From positions 1,178,001 to 1,242,000 of the forward strand of contig CATNEN010000038.1 in assembly GCA_950097015.1 (NCBI GenBank): a stretch of 64,000 bases of DNA. Direction: 5' to 3'. This document shows, in pieces, positions 33,901-45,715 of this stretch (positions within the stretch are counted from its first letter, which is position 1; the number at the start of each line of letters is the position of its first letter). The stretch is from Macrostomum hystrix (taxonomy: Eukaryota > Animalia > Platyhelminthes). Below the pieces are notes generated by a model that worked only from the letters and a program-made list of their open reading frames with translations, searched no databases and had not been told where the DNA came from. Made by a program: the position numbers and the translations under genes.

Positions 33901-36900
33901 GTCATTGTTGGATGTGTTTGGTCATTGGTTTGTGTTTGGTCATTATTGGTCATTATTGGTCATTCATTGATCATTGATTATTCATTGATCATTGGTCATT
34001 GATCATTATTGGTCATTATTGGTCAACTGTTTGGTCATTATTGAATCTGGATGGTCATTTTGAATTAGGATGGTCCTTGTTGGATCTGGATGGTCATTGT
34101 TGGATGTGGATGGTTATTGTGAATGAAGATGGTCATTGTTGGATGTGGATGGTTATTGTGAATGAAGATGGTCATTGTTCGATGTGGATGGTCATTGTTC
34201 GATGTGGATGGTCATTGTTCGATCTGGATGGTCATTGTTCGATGTGAATGGTCATTTTGGATAAGAATTTTCCTTCTTCATGATTTCGGATTGTGAGCAG
34301 TTTGCGAGTTTATAAGCGCCAGCTCAATGTGACAGGCAGTCAGTCATCTTCAGCTTCTAGGAGCAGAAAGTTATTAGAAATGCAATACTGAGTGAAGGCG
34401 GCTTGGATTCCTGAGTACTTGGCTAGTTTAGCTTGGTTTAAGGAAGCTTTTCGAGCACCTCAGTATCGTCTGTGCCCTACTTGAAATCGTGTGGGTGTGG
34501 ACTACTTGAAATGTACTCATAAGTCATCTACTCATGGAAACTTTTGAGAAGTTTGGGTATAAATCTGCTCGTCAGTGGTAACTAGGGTAGTTTAGCCTAT
34601 CAGCCGGTGCCACAGTCAATATTAGAATTTTAAAACTGGCTCTTGAGTGACTCTGAAATCCTTAGCTCAAAACTTCGTTCTCTTTCTAACCTTACATTTT
34701 CTCTCCCCTGCATCTACTCTCCTTTCTCTACTCTCCCTTCTCTACTCTCCCTTCTCTCTTCTCCCCTTCATTAACTCTCTCTTCTCCCTTCTCCCCTTCA
34801 TCTACTCTCCCTTCTCTCCCCTTCATCTACTCTCCCTTCTCCCTTCTCCCCTTCATCAACTCTCCCTTCTCTCCCCTTCATCTACTCTCCCTTCTCTCTT
34901 CTCCCTTTCATCTACTCTCCCTTCTCTCCCCTTTCATCTAATCTCCCTTCTCTCCCCTGCATCTACTCTCCCTTCTCTCCCCTGCATCTACTCTCCCTTC
35001 TCCCCCTTTATCTACTCTCCCTTCTCCCCCTTTATCTACTCACCCTTCTCTCTCCCCCTTCATCTACTCTCCCTTCTCTCCCCCTGCATCTACTCTCCCT
35101 TCTTTCCCCTGCATCTACTCTCCCTTCTCCCCCTTTATCTACTCTCCCTTCTCCCCCCTTTATCTACTCACCCTTCTCTCTCCCCCTTCATCTACTCTCC
35201 TTTCTCTCCCCCTGAATTCACTCCCTTCTCTCCCGTGCATCTTCTCTCCCTTCTCCCCTTTAATCTACTCACACTTCTCTCTCCCCCTTCATCTACTCTC
35301 ACTTCTCTCTTCTCTCCACTGCATCTACTCTCCATTCTCTCTTCTCCCCTTCATCTACTCTCCCTTCACTCTCCCCCTGCTTTCACTCTCCCTTCTCTCC
35401 CCTTCATCTACTCTCCCTTCTCTCCCCTGCATCTACTCTCCCTTCTCTCCACTGCATCTACTCTCCCTTCTCCCCCTTTATCTACTCTCCCTTCTCCCCC
35501 TTTATCTACTCACCCTTCTCTCTCCCCCTTCATCTACTCTCCCTTCTCTCCCCCTGCATTCACTCTCCCTTCTCTCCCGTGCATCTACTCTCCCTTCTCT
35601 CCCGTGCATCTACTCTCCCTTCTCCCCCTTTATCTACTCTCCCTTCTCCCCCTTTATCTACTCACCCTTCTCTCTCCCCCTTCATCTACTCTCCCTTCTC
35701 TCTCCCTGCATTCACTCTCCCTTCTCTCCCGTGCATCTACTCTCCCTTCTCCCCTTTAATCTACTCACACTTCTCTCTTCTCTCCACTGCATCTCTCTCC
35801 ATTCTCTCTTCTCCCCTTCATCTACTCTCCCTTCACTCTCCCCCTGCTTTCACTCTCCCTTCTCTCCCCTGCATCTACTCTCCCTTCTCTCCACTGCATC
35901 TACTCTCCCTTCTCCCCCTTTATCTACTCTCCCTTCTCCCCCTTTATCTACTCACCCTTCTCTCTCCCCCTTCATCTACTCTCCCTTCTCTCCCCCTGCA
36001 TTCACTCTCCCTTCTCTCCCGTGCATCTACTCTCCCTTCTCTCCCCTGCATCTACTCTCCCTTCTCCCCCTTTATCTACTCTCCCTTCTCCCCCTTTATC
36101 TACTCACCCTTCTCTCTCCCCCTTCATCTACTCTCCCTTCTCTCTCCCTGCATTCACTCTCCCTTCTCTCCCGTGCATCTACTCTCCCTTCTCCCCTTTA
36201 ATCTACTCACACTTCTCTCTTCTCTCCACTGCATCTCTCTCCATTCTCTCTTCTCCCCTTCATCTACTCTCCCTTCACTCTCCCCCTGCTTTCACTCTCC
36301 CTTCTCTCCCCTTCATCTACTCTCCCTTCTCTCCACTGCATCTACTCTCACTTCTCTCCTCTGCATCTACTCTCACTTCTCTCCTCTGCATCTACTCTCA
36401 CTTCTCTCCCCTGCATCTACTCTGCCTTCTCTCCCCTCCCAGGTGCTGAGCCACCCGGAGCTCAGCGGCCAGCTAGTCGACCTGATCGAGGACAAGTTCC
36501 ATCTGAGCCGAGCCAAGTCAATCGCCGTGATCCAGGAGCTTCGCATGTGCTTCCTTGGTCCCGGCAAGCAGCTGATCTTTGTTTTTAGGCCCGGCGAAGG
36601 TCTGTTCGGCGATCTGGACGACGCCATTCTGACCTCGCTGCTGACCTCCCAGCGTCTGTCTCGGGCCAGCCAGCTGAAGCTCACAATGGCCTGGGACCGG
36701 GTGGACCTGGCCAGATGCCACCTGTTCCAGTACGGCCAGGAGTGGAAGGCTGCCGACCTGGAGCGGGCGATGATGGAGGCGCTGATGAATGATCGCATTG
36801 AGTTTGTTCGCCTCTTCCTGGAGTGGGGCGTCAATGCTGAGAAGTTTCTCACCCGCTTGAGACTGGAGGACTTGTACTCTTACTGCCTGTACAGCGATGA

Positions 36901-39900
36901 GTCTAAGAGTGAGTACAGTGCTCATGACCTACCCGACCCTCCCGACTCACGTGACCCATTCTACCTCCCTGACTCACGTGACCCACTCTACCTAATTTGA
37001 ATCACGTGACCCACTATACCTACTTAAATCACGTGACCCACTATACCTACTTAAATCACGTGACCCACTATACCTACTTAAATCACGTGACCCACTATAC
37101 CTACTTGAATCACGTGACCCACTATACCTGCTTAAATCACCACTCAGTCAAGTCAAGTCAACTCACTCATGACCCCCTAGAGCCTAGACCCATGCTCATG
37201 ACCCACTAGACCCATGATCATAACCCCCTAGACCCATGCTCATGACCCACTAGACCCATGCTCATGACCCACTAGACTCATGCTAATGACCCACTAGACC
37301 CATGTTCATGACATTCGCTGTTGAGTCATCCTTTAACTCCTTCAGGCGGTCACGACAAGCATCTCCGTCGCCTTCTAAAGCGCACGCTGCCGAAGTACTC
37401 GGGCCGCCAACGCCGACTGTCGCTGTACATTGTCGGCCGGCTGCTGCAGGAGCTCATTGGTGGCGGCTACACGCATGAGTATACAAGACGATTCGCCAAT
37501 TCTAAAGCGGCTTTGGTGCCTTGGCCATCCTCTGACCGAGGTGGGTAAAATTTCCTGACTTTCCTGGCTAGCCTCCAGGTGACCCGACCCAGCCTTCAGG
37601 TGACCCGACCCAGCCTTCAGGTGACCCGACCCAGCCTCCAGGTGACCCGACCCAGCCTTCAGGTGACCCGACCCAGCCTTCAGGTGACCCGACCCAGCCT
37701 TCAGGTGACCCGACCCAGCCTTCAGATGATCCGACCCAGCCTTCAGGTGACCCGACCTAGCCTTCAGGTGACTAGAGCTAGCCTTCAGGTGACTAGAGCT
37801 AGCCTTCAGGTGACCCGACCCAGCCTTCAGGTGACCCGACCCAGCCTCCAGGTGACCCGACCCAGCCTTCAGGTGACCCGACCTAGCCTTCAGGTGACTA
37901 GAGCTAGCCTTCAGGTGACTAGAGCTAGCCTTCAGGTGACCCGACCCAGCCTTCAGGTGACCCGACCCAGCCTTCAGGTGACCCGACCCAGCCTTCAGGT
38001 GACCTGAACTAGCCTTCAGGTGACCCGACCTAGCCTTCAGGTGACTAGAGCTAGCCTTCAGGTGACTAGAGCTAGCCTTCAGGTGACTAGAGCTAGCCTT
38101 CAGGTGACTAGAGCTAGTCTTTAGGTGACCCGATCCAGCCTTTAGGTGATCCGACGCAGCCTTCAAGTGACCCGATCCAGCCTTCAGGCAAACTGTACCA
38201 AGTGCATCTGTCCAAATGTATCATTCCCTCATCAGGCCCAGATGCTTCAATAACAGTCGGTATCAACACTGCAACGCTAACCGCAGCCAATAGCAATGTA
38301 TTTTTCAATGGCATCCGAAATGTTCGATCTCGGCTTGGCTTCGTTGCTGAAGATGAGCCGTCATCGCAGAAGCCGCAGCATCATCAGCACCATCAGCAGC
38401 GTCAGCAACAGCAACAGCATCAGCAACAACAGCAACAGCAGCAGCAGCATCATCAGCAGCAGCAGCAGCAACAGAGTTTCCGATTCCCCTACACCGACCT
38501 GATGACGTGGGCGGTGCTGTGTCGTCGCTACAACCTGGCCTGGTTCTTCCTCCAGTGCGGCGAGGACTCCACAGCCAAGGCGCTGTACTCAGCCGCCCTT
38601 CTGCGCGCCATCACTGGCCGAGTGGACGAGGATGTCCAGTCTGAGTATTACCACGAGCTGACCAACTGGGCTGATCGATGCGAGACCGAAGCTTTAGCCA
38701 TGCTGGACCATTGTCACCGCTGCGACCCCAGGCGATCGCGCCGTCTTGTCACCTACCGACTGGCCGAATTCGGAGGCCACACCTGCATGAGCCTGGCTTA
38801 CACGTCTAGGAGTATGCGCTTCCTGAATCACGCTTGTCCGCAGGTCATACTCAACGACTTGTGGTGAGTCCACCCACAACTGACTTGATTGTCTACCCCA
38901 ACTACCCGATTGTCTACCTTAACTACCCAATTGTCTACTTTAGCTACCCGATGGTCTACCTTAACTACCAGATTGTCTACCCGAACCTGCTCAATTATCT
39001 ACTTTAACCAACTCATAAGCCTCTCAAAACCTGGCCAGGTACGGCGGCATCCGTGAGTCCGGCCAACTGACCGGCCTCCGAGTCGTCCTGCTTTGCGGCA
39101 TCTTGGCTATCTGTCCTCCAGCCTTCTTCCTTCTGCTGGCGGTCCGCTTCCTGTCGTTCAAGACCCTCGCCGAGCTGCGCGATCAGCCGCAGACGCGGGA
39201 AGAGTTCGCCGACTTCGCCCAAGAGAACGACAGCGACGATGAGGACGACGACGAAGCTGCAGCTGCCGCAGCCGCGGCTTCCGCTGCAGCCCCCGCTGAA
39301 GGCTTTGTCGAGCCGGAGTCGCTGCGGAATCTCATGCGCTCGATGCCATCGGACAGCCTTGGCGACAAGCTTCGACGGATGGAATCACCGGCAGTTGAAG
39401 CCGCCGACGCCGATGTCGACGCTCGGCCGAATAATTCGACAACGACTGCGGCGGCGAATGAGACAGAAGCCGCAGGAGAGGAGAGTCCGACAAGGCAGGG
39501 ACTGCTTTCCGCGGCTGGCGGCGCGAATGACGAGAAATCGATTTGTGAGTGCGCGACTGCCCTTCGCTTTCCTGTGGGTGCTGTTCCCTTGTGGGATCCA
39601 AAATATGGGATCTTTGTCTAGTCCAGCTGCCGCACACTCTTCACCTTCAACTGCTTTCAGCAATGTCACCCCAATCTTATTTGCTCAAGAAATCTGACTC
39701 ACAGAAAATCTCAATCTCAACCTCAATCTCACTCCCAATCTCATTACCGTTAATCTCAACCCATCGAGAGTCCCATCTCCAATTTTGCCCCTGTAACAAT
39801 CACACATTTTATCATTCTACTTACACAATGTCACCTTCAATCTTAACTTTCCCACAATCTCACCACTACAATCTCACCCTGGTGAGAATCTCACCTTAAT

Positions 39901-42900
39901 ACAATCTCACGCCAGTAACTATCACGCCTTGAATCTCACCCCCCTAACAGTCTCTCACCCCTCCCACAAACTCACCCCTCCCACAAACTCACCCCTTCTA
40001 AAATCTCACCCCTCCCAAAACTAACCCCTACGAGAATCTCACCCCTCCCACAAACTCACCCCTCCTAAAATCTCACCCCTCCCACAAACTCACCCCTCCG
40101 ACAATCTCACCCCTCCCACAATCTCACCCCTCCCACAAACTCACCCCTCCTACAATCTGACCCCTCCTACAATCTCACCCCTCCCACAATCTCACCCCTC
40201 CCACAATCTCACCCCTCCCACAATCTCACTTCAAATCTCACCCTCCGACCATCCATCAGGCTGCGGCCCCTCCAGCCGCCGTCCGACCGTGGCTGGCGCC
40301 CCCACGGTGCTGCATTATCACCTGGAGGACCGCACGCGGCCGCTTCGCAACTATACTTTCCGATCCAAGCCCCAGCAAACTCGCTTCCTGAATGAGCAGC
40401 CGCAGCAATTGCCACAGCCTTTTCCTCAGCAGCAGCAGCAGCAGCAGCAGCAGCTGGGGCATCACGACCGACTGCCGTATCGAATGCGCGTGTCCGAGTT
40501 TTTCAGCGCCCCCATCACCCGCTACTGGCTGCACCTGATGTCCTACGCCTTCTTTATCGGCTCCTTTCTGTCCTACGCCCTGGTTGTCATGCCGCAGAGC
40601 CGTCTAGTCTGGCAGGAGACTGTGGTGTTCGCCTACATCAGCTCATACGCCTTGGATAAGGTGAGAGAGATTAGCCAGAGCGGCGGTAGAGATCTGAGCA
40701 CCAAACTGAGAGTCCACCTATCAGATGCGTGGAATCTGTACGACCTGTGCATCTGCGCCGTCTCCGCCACCGGCATCGGCACCCGCCTGGCCTCCTTGTG
40801 GCACTGCAGCTCCGGCCGCGCGTCTGCCTTCGACTTTTACGGAAACTACAGCCGGCTGCTGGCTACCGCTACTGCTGTTGACGATCCGGCCGATGTTGCC
40901 GAATTCACCTGGCAGTTTAACCTGTTCTTTTTCTCGCACAACATCATGGTGCTGGCTCTGGGCCTCTGGCTGCTGCGAGTTTTTGAAGTGCTGATCAACT
41001 GGAAGCACTTGGGCCCCTACCTGTACATGGTGGCCAGCATGATCAGCAAAATGCTGCCTCCAGTGAGTCTGCCTGCCTGCCTGTCTGTTCTGGGTGTCCG
41101 CCTGTCTGTTCTGGGTGTCTGTCTGTTCTGGGTGTCCGCCTGTCTGTTCTGGGTGTCTGTCTGTTCTGGGTGTCCGCCTGTCTGTTCTGGGTGTCTGTCT
41201 GTTCTGGGTGTCCGTCTGTCTGTTCTGGGTGTCCGTCTGTCTGTTCTGGGTGTCCGTCTGTCTGTTCTGGGTTTCTGTCTGTCTGTCTGTCTGTCTGTTC
41301 GAGGTGCCTGGCTGTTCTGTTGTCTGTCTGTACGTCTGTCTGTTCTGGGTGTCTGTCTGTTCTTGGTGTCCGTCTGTCTGTTATGGGTGTCCGTCTGTCT
41401 GTTATGGGTGTCCGTCTGTCTGTTCTGGGTGTCCGTCTGTCTGTTCTTGGTGTCCGTCTGTCTGTTATGGGTGTCCGTCTGTCTGTTCTGGGTGTCTGTC
41501 TGTTCTGGGTGTCTGTCTGTTCTGGGTGTCTGTCTGTCTGTTCTGGGTGTCTGTCTGTCTGTTCTGGGTGTCCGTCTGTCTGTTCTGGGTGTCTGTCTGT
41601 CTGTTCTGGGTGTCTGTCTGTCTGTTCTGGGTGTCCGTCTGTCTGTTCTGGGTGTCTGTCTGTCTGTTCTGGGTGTCTGTCTGTCTGTTCTGGGTGTCTG
41701 TCTGTCTGTTCTGGGTGTCTGTCTGTTCTGGGTGTCTGTCTGTTCTGGGTGTCTGTCTGTCTGTTATGGGTGTCCGTCTGTCTGTTATGGGTGTCCGTCT
41801 GTCTGTTATGGGTGTCCGTCTGTCTGTTCTGGGTGTCCGTCTGTCTGTTATGGGTGTCCGTCTGTCTGTTCTGGGTGTCTGTCTGTTCTGGGTGTCTGTC
41901 TGTTCTGGGTGTCTGTCTGTCTGTTCTGGGTGTCTGTCTGTCTGTTCTGGGTGTCCGTCTGTCTGTTCTGGGTGTCTGTCTGTCTGTTCTGGGTGTCTGT
42001 CTGTCTGTTCTGGGTGTCCGTCTGTCTGTTCTGGGTGTCTGTCTGTCTGTTCTGGGTGTCTGTCTGTCTGTTCTGGGTGTCTGTCTGTCTGTTCTGGGTG
42101 TCTGTCTGTTCTGGGTGTCTGTCTGTTCTGGGTGTCTGTCTGTCTGTTCTGGGTGTCTGTCTGTCTGTTCTGGGTGTCTGTCTGTCTGTTCTTGGTGTCT
42201 GTCTGTCTGTTCTGGGTGTCTGTCTGTCTGTTCTGGGTGTCTGTCTGTCTGTTCTGGGTGTCCGTCTGTCTGTCTGCTTATCTGCTCATCGGCCTTCTCA
42301 TCCAAACTCCAGGTGGTGATCATCTTCATCCCGCTGTGCGCCTTTGGCATCGTCCGCCAGGGCATCCAGAATCCTGGCTACGACAGATTCAACATCACCG
42401 TAGTCAAGAGCATCATGCTGAAGCCCTACTTCATGCTCTACGGGGAGGTGTACGCAGACGAAATCGATCCCGATGGCTGGCACGGTCTCGAGAGCCTCAT
42501 GCCTCTGCGTGCCATCGTGCCCATCAGCATGGTGGTGTTCCTGCTGGTGACCGTGATCGTCTGCATCAGCATCATCATCGCCGTGTTCAACGACATTTAT
42601 CATGAGGTGCACGAGAAATCCAAGCAGGTGTACAAGTACCTGAGGTTCTCCATCATCATTGAGTACGAGTCCATGCCGGTGTTCCCGCCGCCGTTCTCGC
42701 TGATCTCATGGATTTACCTGCTGGCCAAGTGGCTACATCGGAAGCTGAGGCGCAGCCGAGAAGAGAACTCAGGTAGGACGGCTTATCCAGGTGGTTTGGG
42801 TTTTTGCGAATTCCATCCGGGAGCTTTCCTTTAAAGCCATCTTAATTCTCATTTACACGTTTTTCGATACAGTAGCCTAGTAGTTAGGGCGTCGGACTCA

Positions 42901-44472
42901 CGACTTGAAGGTCGGGGGTTCGATTCCCGACTCCACTGGAACAATTTGTGTCCGTTAGCAAGACACTTAACTGTGCATTGCTTCAGTTCACCCAGCTGTT
43001 AAATGGGTACCAGCATCAGCTGGGATAATTGAAGGTGGGTGTGGCGTCCCCCCAGTCCATGGACTGAACAGCTGTACGCAGCCTTCAGATGCGCCGCGCA
43101 ATAGCTGCGGCTGGGCTGTCGGCTGCACATCTGGCCCAATTGGGGCGGGTGTAATCAATTATTATATTATACGAGTATATATAATATTCGATACATATCG
43201 GCAGACTTCCAAGACAGCAGCGGCGCAGACGACGCTCGAGTGATCACCACGCTGAAGCTGTTTCTTCGGCCAGAAGAAGCGACCGCTCTGCAGCAGTTTG
43301 AATCCCAGTGCGTCCAGGACCTCCTGCTCGTGCGAGCCAGAGATGATCGCGGCGGCGGCGGCGGCGGTGCCGGAGACCGGCCAGTATTTGACGACTTCGG
43401 CTTCGGCGCTGGCACCTGGTCGGGGGGTGTTGATTCCACGTCCGCCGCGGCCACTGCGACAGCCGCAGCCTCAGCCGCGCGGGTCAGCGAACTCAACCAG
43501 CGGCACCTCCTGGCTGTTGTTGAGCGGCGCATCGCTGCAGCCGAAGCTGCGGCCACCGCGGCCGCCGAAGCAGCTGCCACAGCAGCCGCCGCAGTAGCCG
43601 CGGTGATCGGAGGTTCACCGCCATCGACTGAGCAGCCGCCATCGCAGCCGCAACCTCCGACGACTCCGCAGCGCCAGGACTCGATTCGTCTGCAGCAGCG
43701 ACAGCCGAGCGTTCGTCGGGCGCTTCGACGCGCGTCTTCGACGTCGGAGACTCCACAGCAGGCGGCGGCCGCGGCGGCCGCCGAAGCCGTCTCGGCTGCA
43801 CCCTTAAACGTTCTGCTCGGCCTTCGGCCATCGGGAGCCGGGGTCGACTGCGGCTACACCAGCATCTGCGACACGATCGATCTGTTGCCACTGGCAACTG
43901 CGATCGCCGCCACCGCCGCCGACACCTCCGAGACGTCAGTTGCGTCGCCGCCGCGGGCTGCTCCTCGACGCCTGGAGGCGACGCTGCGCGACGCAGAGGA
44001 GCGAGAGCGAGCCGCCCTCGGCACGGCGTTGCGCCGTCGCCTGCGTCAGTTTAGCATCACCGGCGAGGCTCCCATCGCTGACGAGCGAGAAGAAGTCGAT
44101 GAAGCAGCTGGCGGAGACGTCGGAAGCGTGCGCTTCGCAGCGAATGATGACGTTGCAGAAATCGACGAGCGGGACGACGACGACAAGGCTTCGCTGCAGG
44201 ACGTCCTTCAAGACGCTCTGGAACGCCTGGTGGACGCTGAGCTTCGCGACCGCGAGTCAACGGTTGGCCAGTTCGACGATGTCGACGATGACGACGGAGG
44301 TGGCGGTGGAGACGATGGAATCTACGACGAAGCCCTGATGATGTCGACCGCTGCTGCCGCCAATGTGTTCGCTGGGCCGTCTGGTTCGACCGTAGGCTTT
44401 GATTTCGGCGACCTGCTTGCTAATCCACCGATGGCGCTGCCCGATGAAACCGAAGGTGAAACTGACGTGTGA
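30906..44472 (+). CDS. TRPM: TRPM cation channel (TRPM1/3/6/7-like pore), copy 1, 10 exons, ~1810 aa
   Basis: Exons 30906-31318, 32108-32381, 33295-33714, 36443-36908, 37346-37540, 38236-38863, 39039-39544, 40260-41062, 42313-42772, 43205-44472; all GT-AG and phase-consistent (5433 nt). MHR motifs [77 protein letters not shown]; pore [15 protein letters not shown]; TRP domain PVFPPPF. Confidence 0.93.
31400..32040. repeat. Degenerate ~24-bp array rich in ATGACTCAT (TRPM copy 1 intron 1)
   Basis: 14 perfect ATGACTCAT counted. Confidence 0.85.
32530..33225. repeat. 22-bp minisatellite (GTCAGGTCTGTGTCAGTAGAAT), TRPM intron 2
   Basis: Visible; shorter version at 55520-56110. Confidence 0.95.
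33715..34260. repeat. ~21-bp minisatellite (GGTCATTGTTGGATGTGGAT) starting at the intron 3 donor
   Basis: Visible; also at 56600-57145. Confidence 0.9.
34700..36440. repeat. CT-rich minisatellite (CATCTACTCTCCCTTCTCTCCCCT) ending at the exon 4 acceptor
   Basis: Visible; about 440 bp shorter in copy 2 (57585-58880). Confidence 0.95.
36945..37310. repeat. 27-bp TCACGTGAC-containing array plus 22-bp CATGACCCACTAGACC array, TRPM intron 4
   Basis: 7 TCACGTGA in copy 1 and 8 in copy 2 (59385-59590). Confidence 0.9.
37570..38187. repeat. 21-bp minisatellite (AGCCTTCAGGTGACCCGACCC / AGCCTTCAGGTGACTAGAGCT), TRPM intron 5
   Basis: Visible; longer array at 59993-60716. Confidence 0.96.
39900..40230. 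repeat. ~17-bp array (AATCTCACCCCTCCCAC) before the exon 8 acceptor
   Basis: Visible; longer at 62600-63055. Confidence 0.9.
41070..42280. repeat. ~17/21-bp GT-rich minisatellite (GTCTGTCTGTTCTGGGTGTCC), TRPM intron 8
   Basis: Begins directly after donor GTGAGT; explains spurious V/C/S/L ORFs. Confidence 0.96.
42868..43170 (+). mobile_element. tRNA-derived SINE family B with CORE-like domain (TRPM intron 9)
   Basis: A box TAGCCTAGTAGTT, B box GGTTCGATTCC, then TGTGTCCGTTAGCAAGACACTTAAC...CACCCAGCTGTTAAATGGGTACC resembling the CORE-SINE domain; ATT-rich tail. Confidence 0.8.
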
Positions 44473-44649
44473 CCGCTCACTGCTAGAAATTGCCACATTT
44501 ATCGCCTGGCAGGCGATCGTGAATCAAATCAAGTTTTTTATTCATTTTTTGCGGTTCTCTGATTGCCAATGTTAAAGGTCCTTAAAGAGTTAACGATTGT
44601 ACTTTGACAATAGACCTTGGCCTTTTTGTAAATAATTAAACGTCTGGAT

Positions 44650-45292
44650 CAGGGGTTGACAAACTTATTAGCTGGCTGGCCAAAGAGAGAACCTAAAAGA
44701 TGGACCGCATTGACTGTAGAAATATGAGACAAGGGAGAGATTAGATGTTCAGATGAGACAGTGGAAATATGAAACAGGGAAGAGATTAGATGTTCAGATG
44801 AGACAGGAAGAGATTAGACAGTGGTGGGATAAGACAGTGAAGAGATTAGACAGTGGTGGGATAAGACAGTGAAGAGATTAGGCAGGGGAGGGATAAGACA
44901 GTGAAGAGATTAGGCAGGGGAGGGATAAGACAGTGAAGAGATTAGGCAGGGGAGGGATAAGACAGTGAAGAGATTAGGCAGGGGAGGGATAAGACAGTGA
45001 AGAGATTAGACAGTGGTGGGATAAGACAGTGAAGAGATTAGGCAGGGGAGGGATAAGACAGTGAAGAGATTAGGCAGGGGAGGGATAAGACAGTGGAGAG
45101 ATTAGGCAGTGGTGGGGTAAGACAGTGAAGAGATTAGGCAGTGGTGGGGTAAGACAGTGAAGAGATTAGGCAGGGGAGGGATAAGACAGTGGAGAGATTA
45201 ATACAGGATGCTGTAGGTGTCGGAAGGGGCAACGGGCCGGATTTAGGAGCTTCGAGGGCCGCATCTGGCCCGCGGGCCGGAGCCGACCCCTG
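44650..45292. mobile_element. Non-autonomous hAT (Charlie/Buster-like) MITE containing a 32-bp minisatellite
   Basis: Ends CAGGGGTTGACAAAC...GGCCCGCGGGCCGGAGCCGACCCCTG; flanks GTCTGGAT / GTCTTGAC (6/8 match, both near NTCTAGAN); internal array GACAGTGAAGAGATTAGGCAGGGGAGGGATAA at ~44800-45200. Confidence 0.75.
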
Positions 45293-45715
45293 GTCTTGAC
45301 TGTGTACTTTTAAAAGTTTACTCGTCCATCTCCATCGACCATTGATCCCGTACAGCTTTAGTAGCGTGGGATTTTTGCGGTATTTTATTTTTGCTCTGCA
45401 GTGCCCAATCCGACCAGTTTCTGTTTTATGCCTTGCCTTATCGATTTTTACCAATTTTGCTTCACTCAAATTCACGAAAGATTAAATATTGGCCTTTTTG
45501 CCCACCAATTCAAAATTCTTGGCTTTAACCAGCTTTAGTTGCCTCTATGAAACCCACGTTGGGATATTTTTCTATTTTTTTTTGCAGCTTTTAATCTCAC
45601 GGTGGATTAAACAACTTTCCATTGATTTTACCGTCTGCATGTAAATTTACGAGTATAAGCATTGTCATTTTTTAGATGCTTACAGCTAATTGATGGAGTG
45701 ACGGGGACCACTCTG

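Noticed and set aside
41043-42365. Long repetitive ORFs on both strands (also 37375-38166, 46540-47715, 2809-3159)
   Set aside because: They lie in introns or arrays; protein periodicity equals the DNA repeat unit.
42868-42940. Functional tRNA genes (also 23890-23965 and 30445-30520)
   Set aside because: A/B boxes are present, but acceptor and anticodon stems pair poorly and the sequence continues into SINE bodies with tails.
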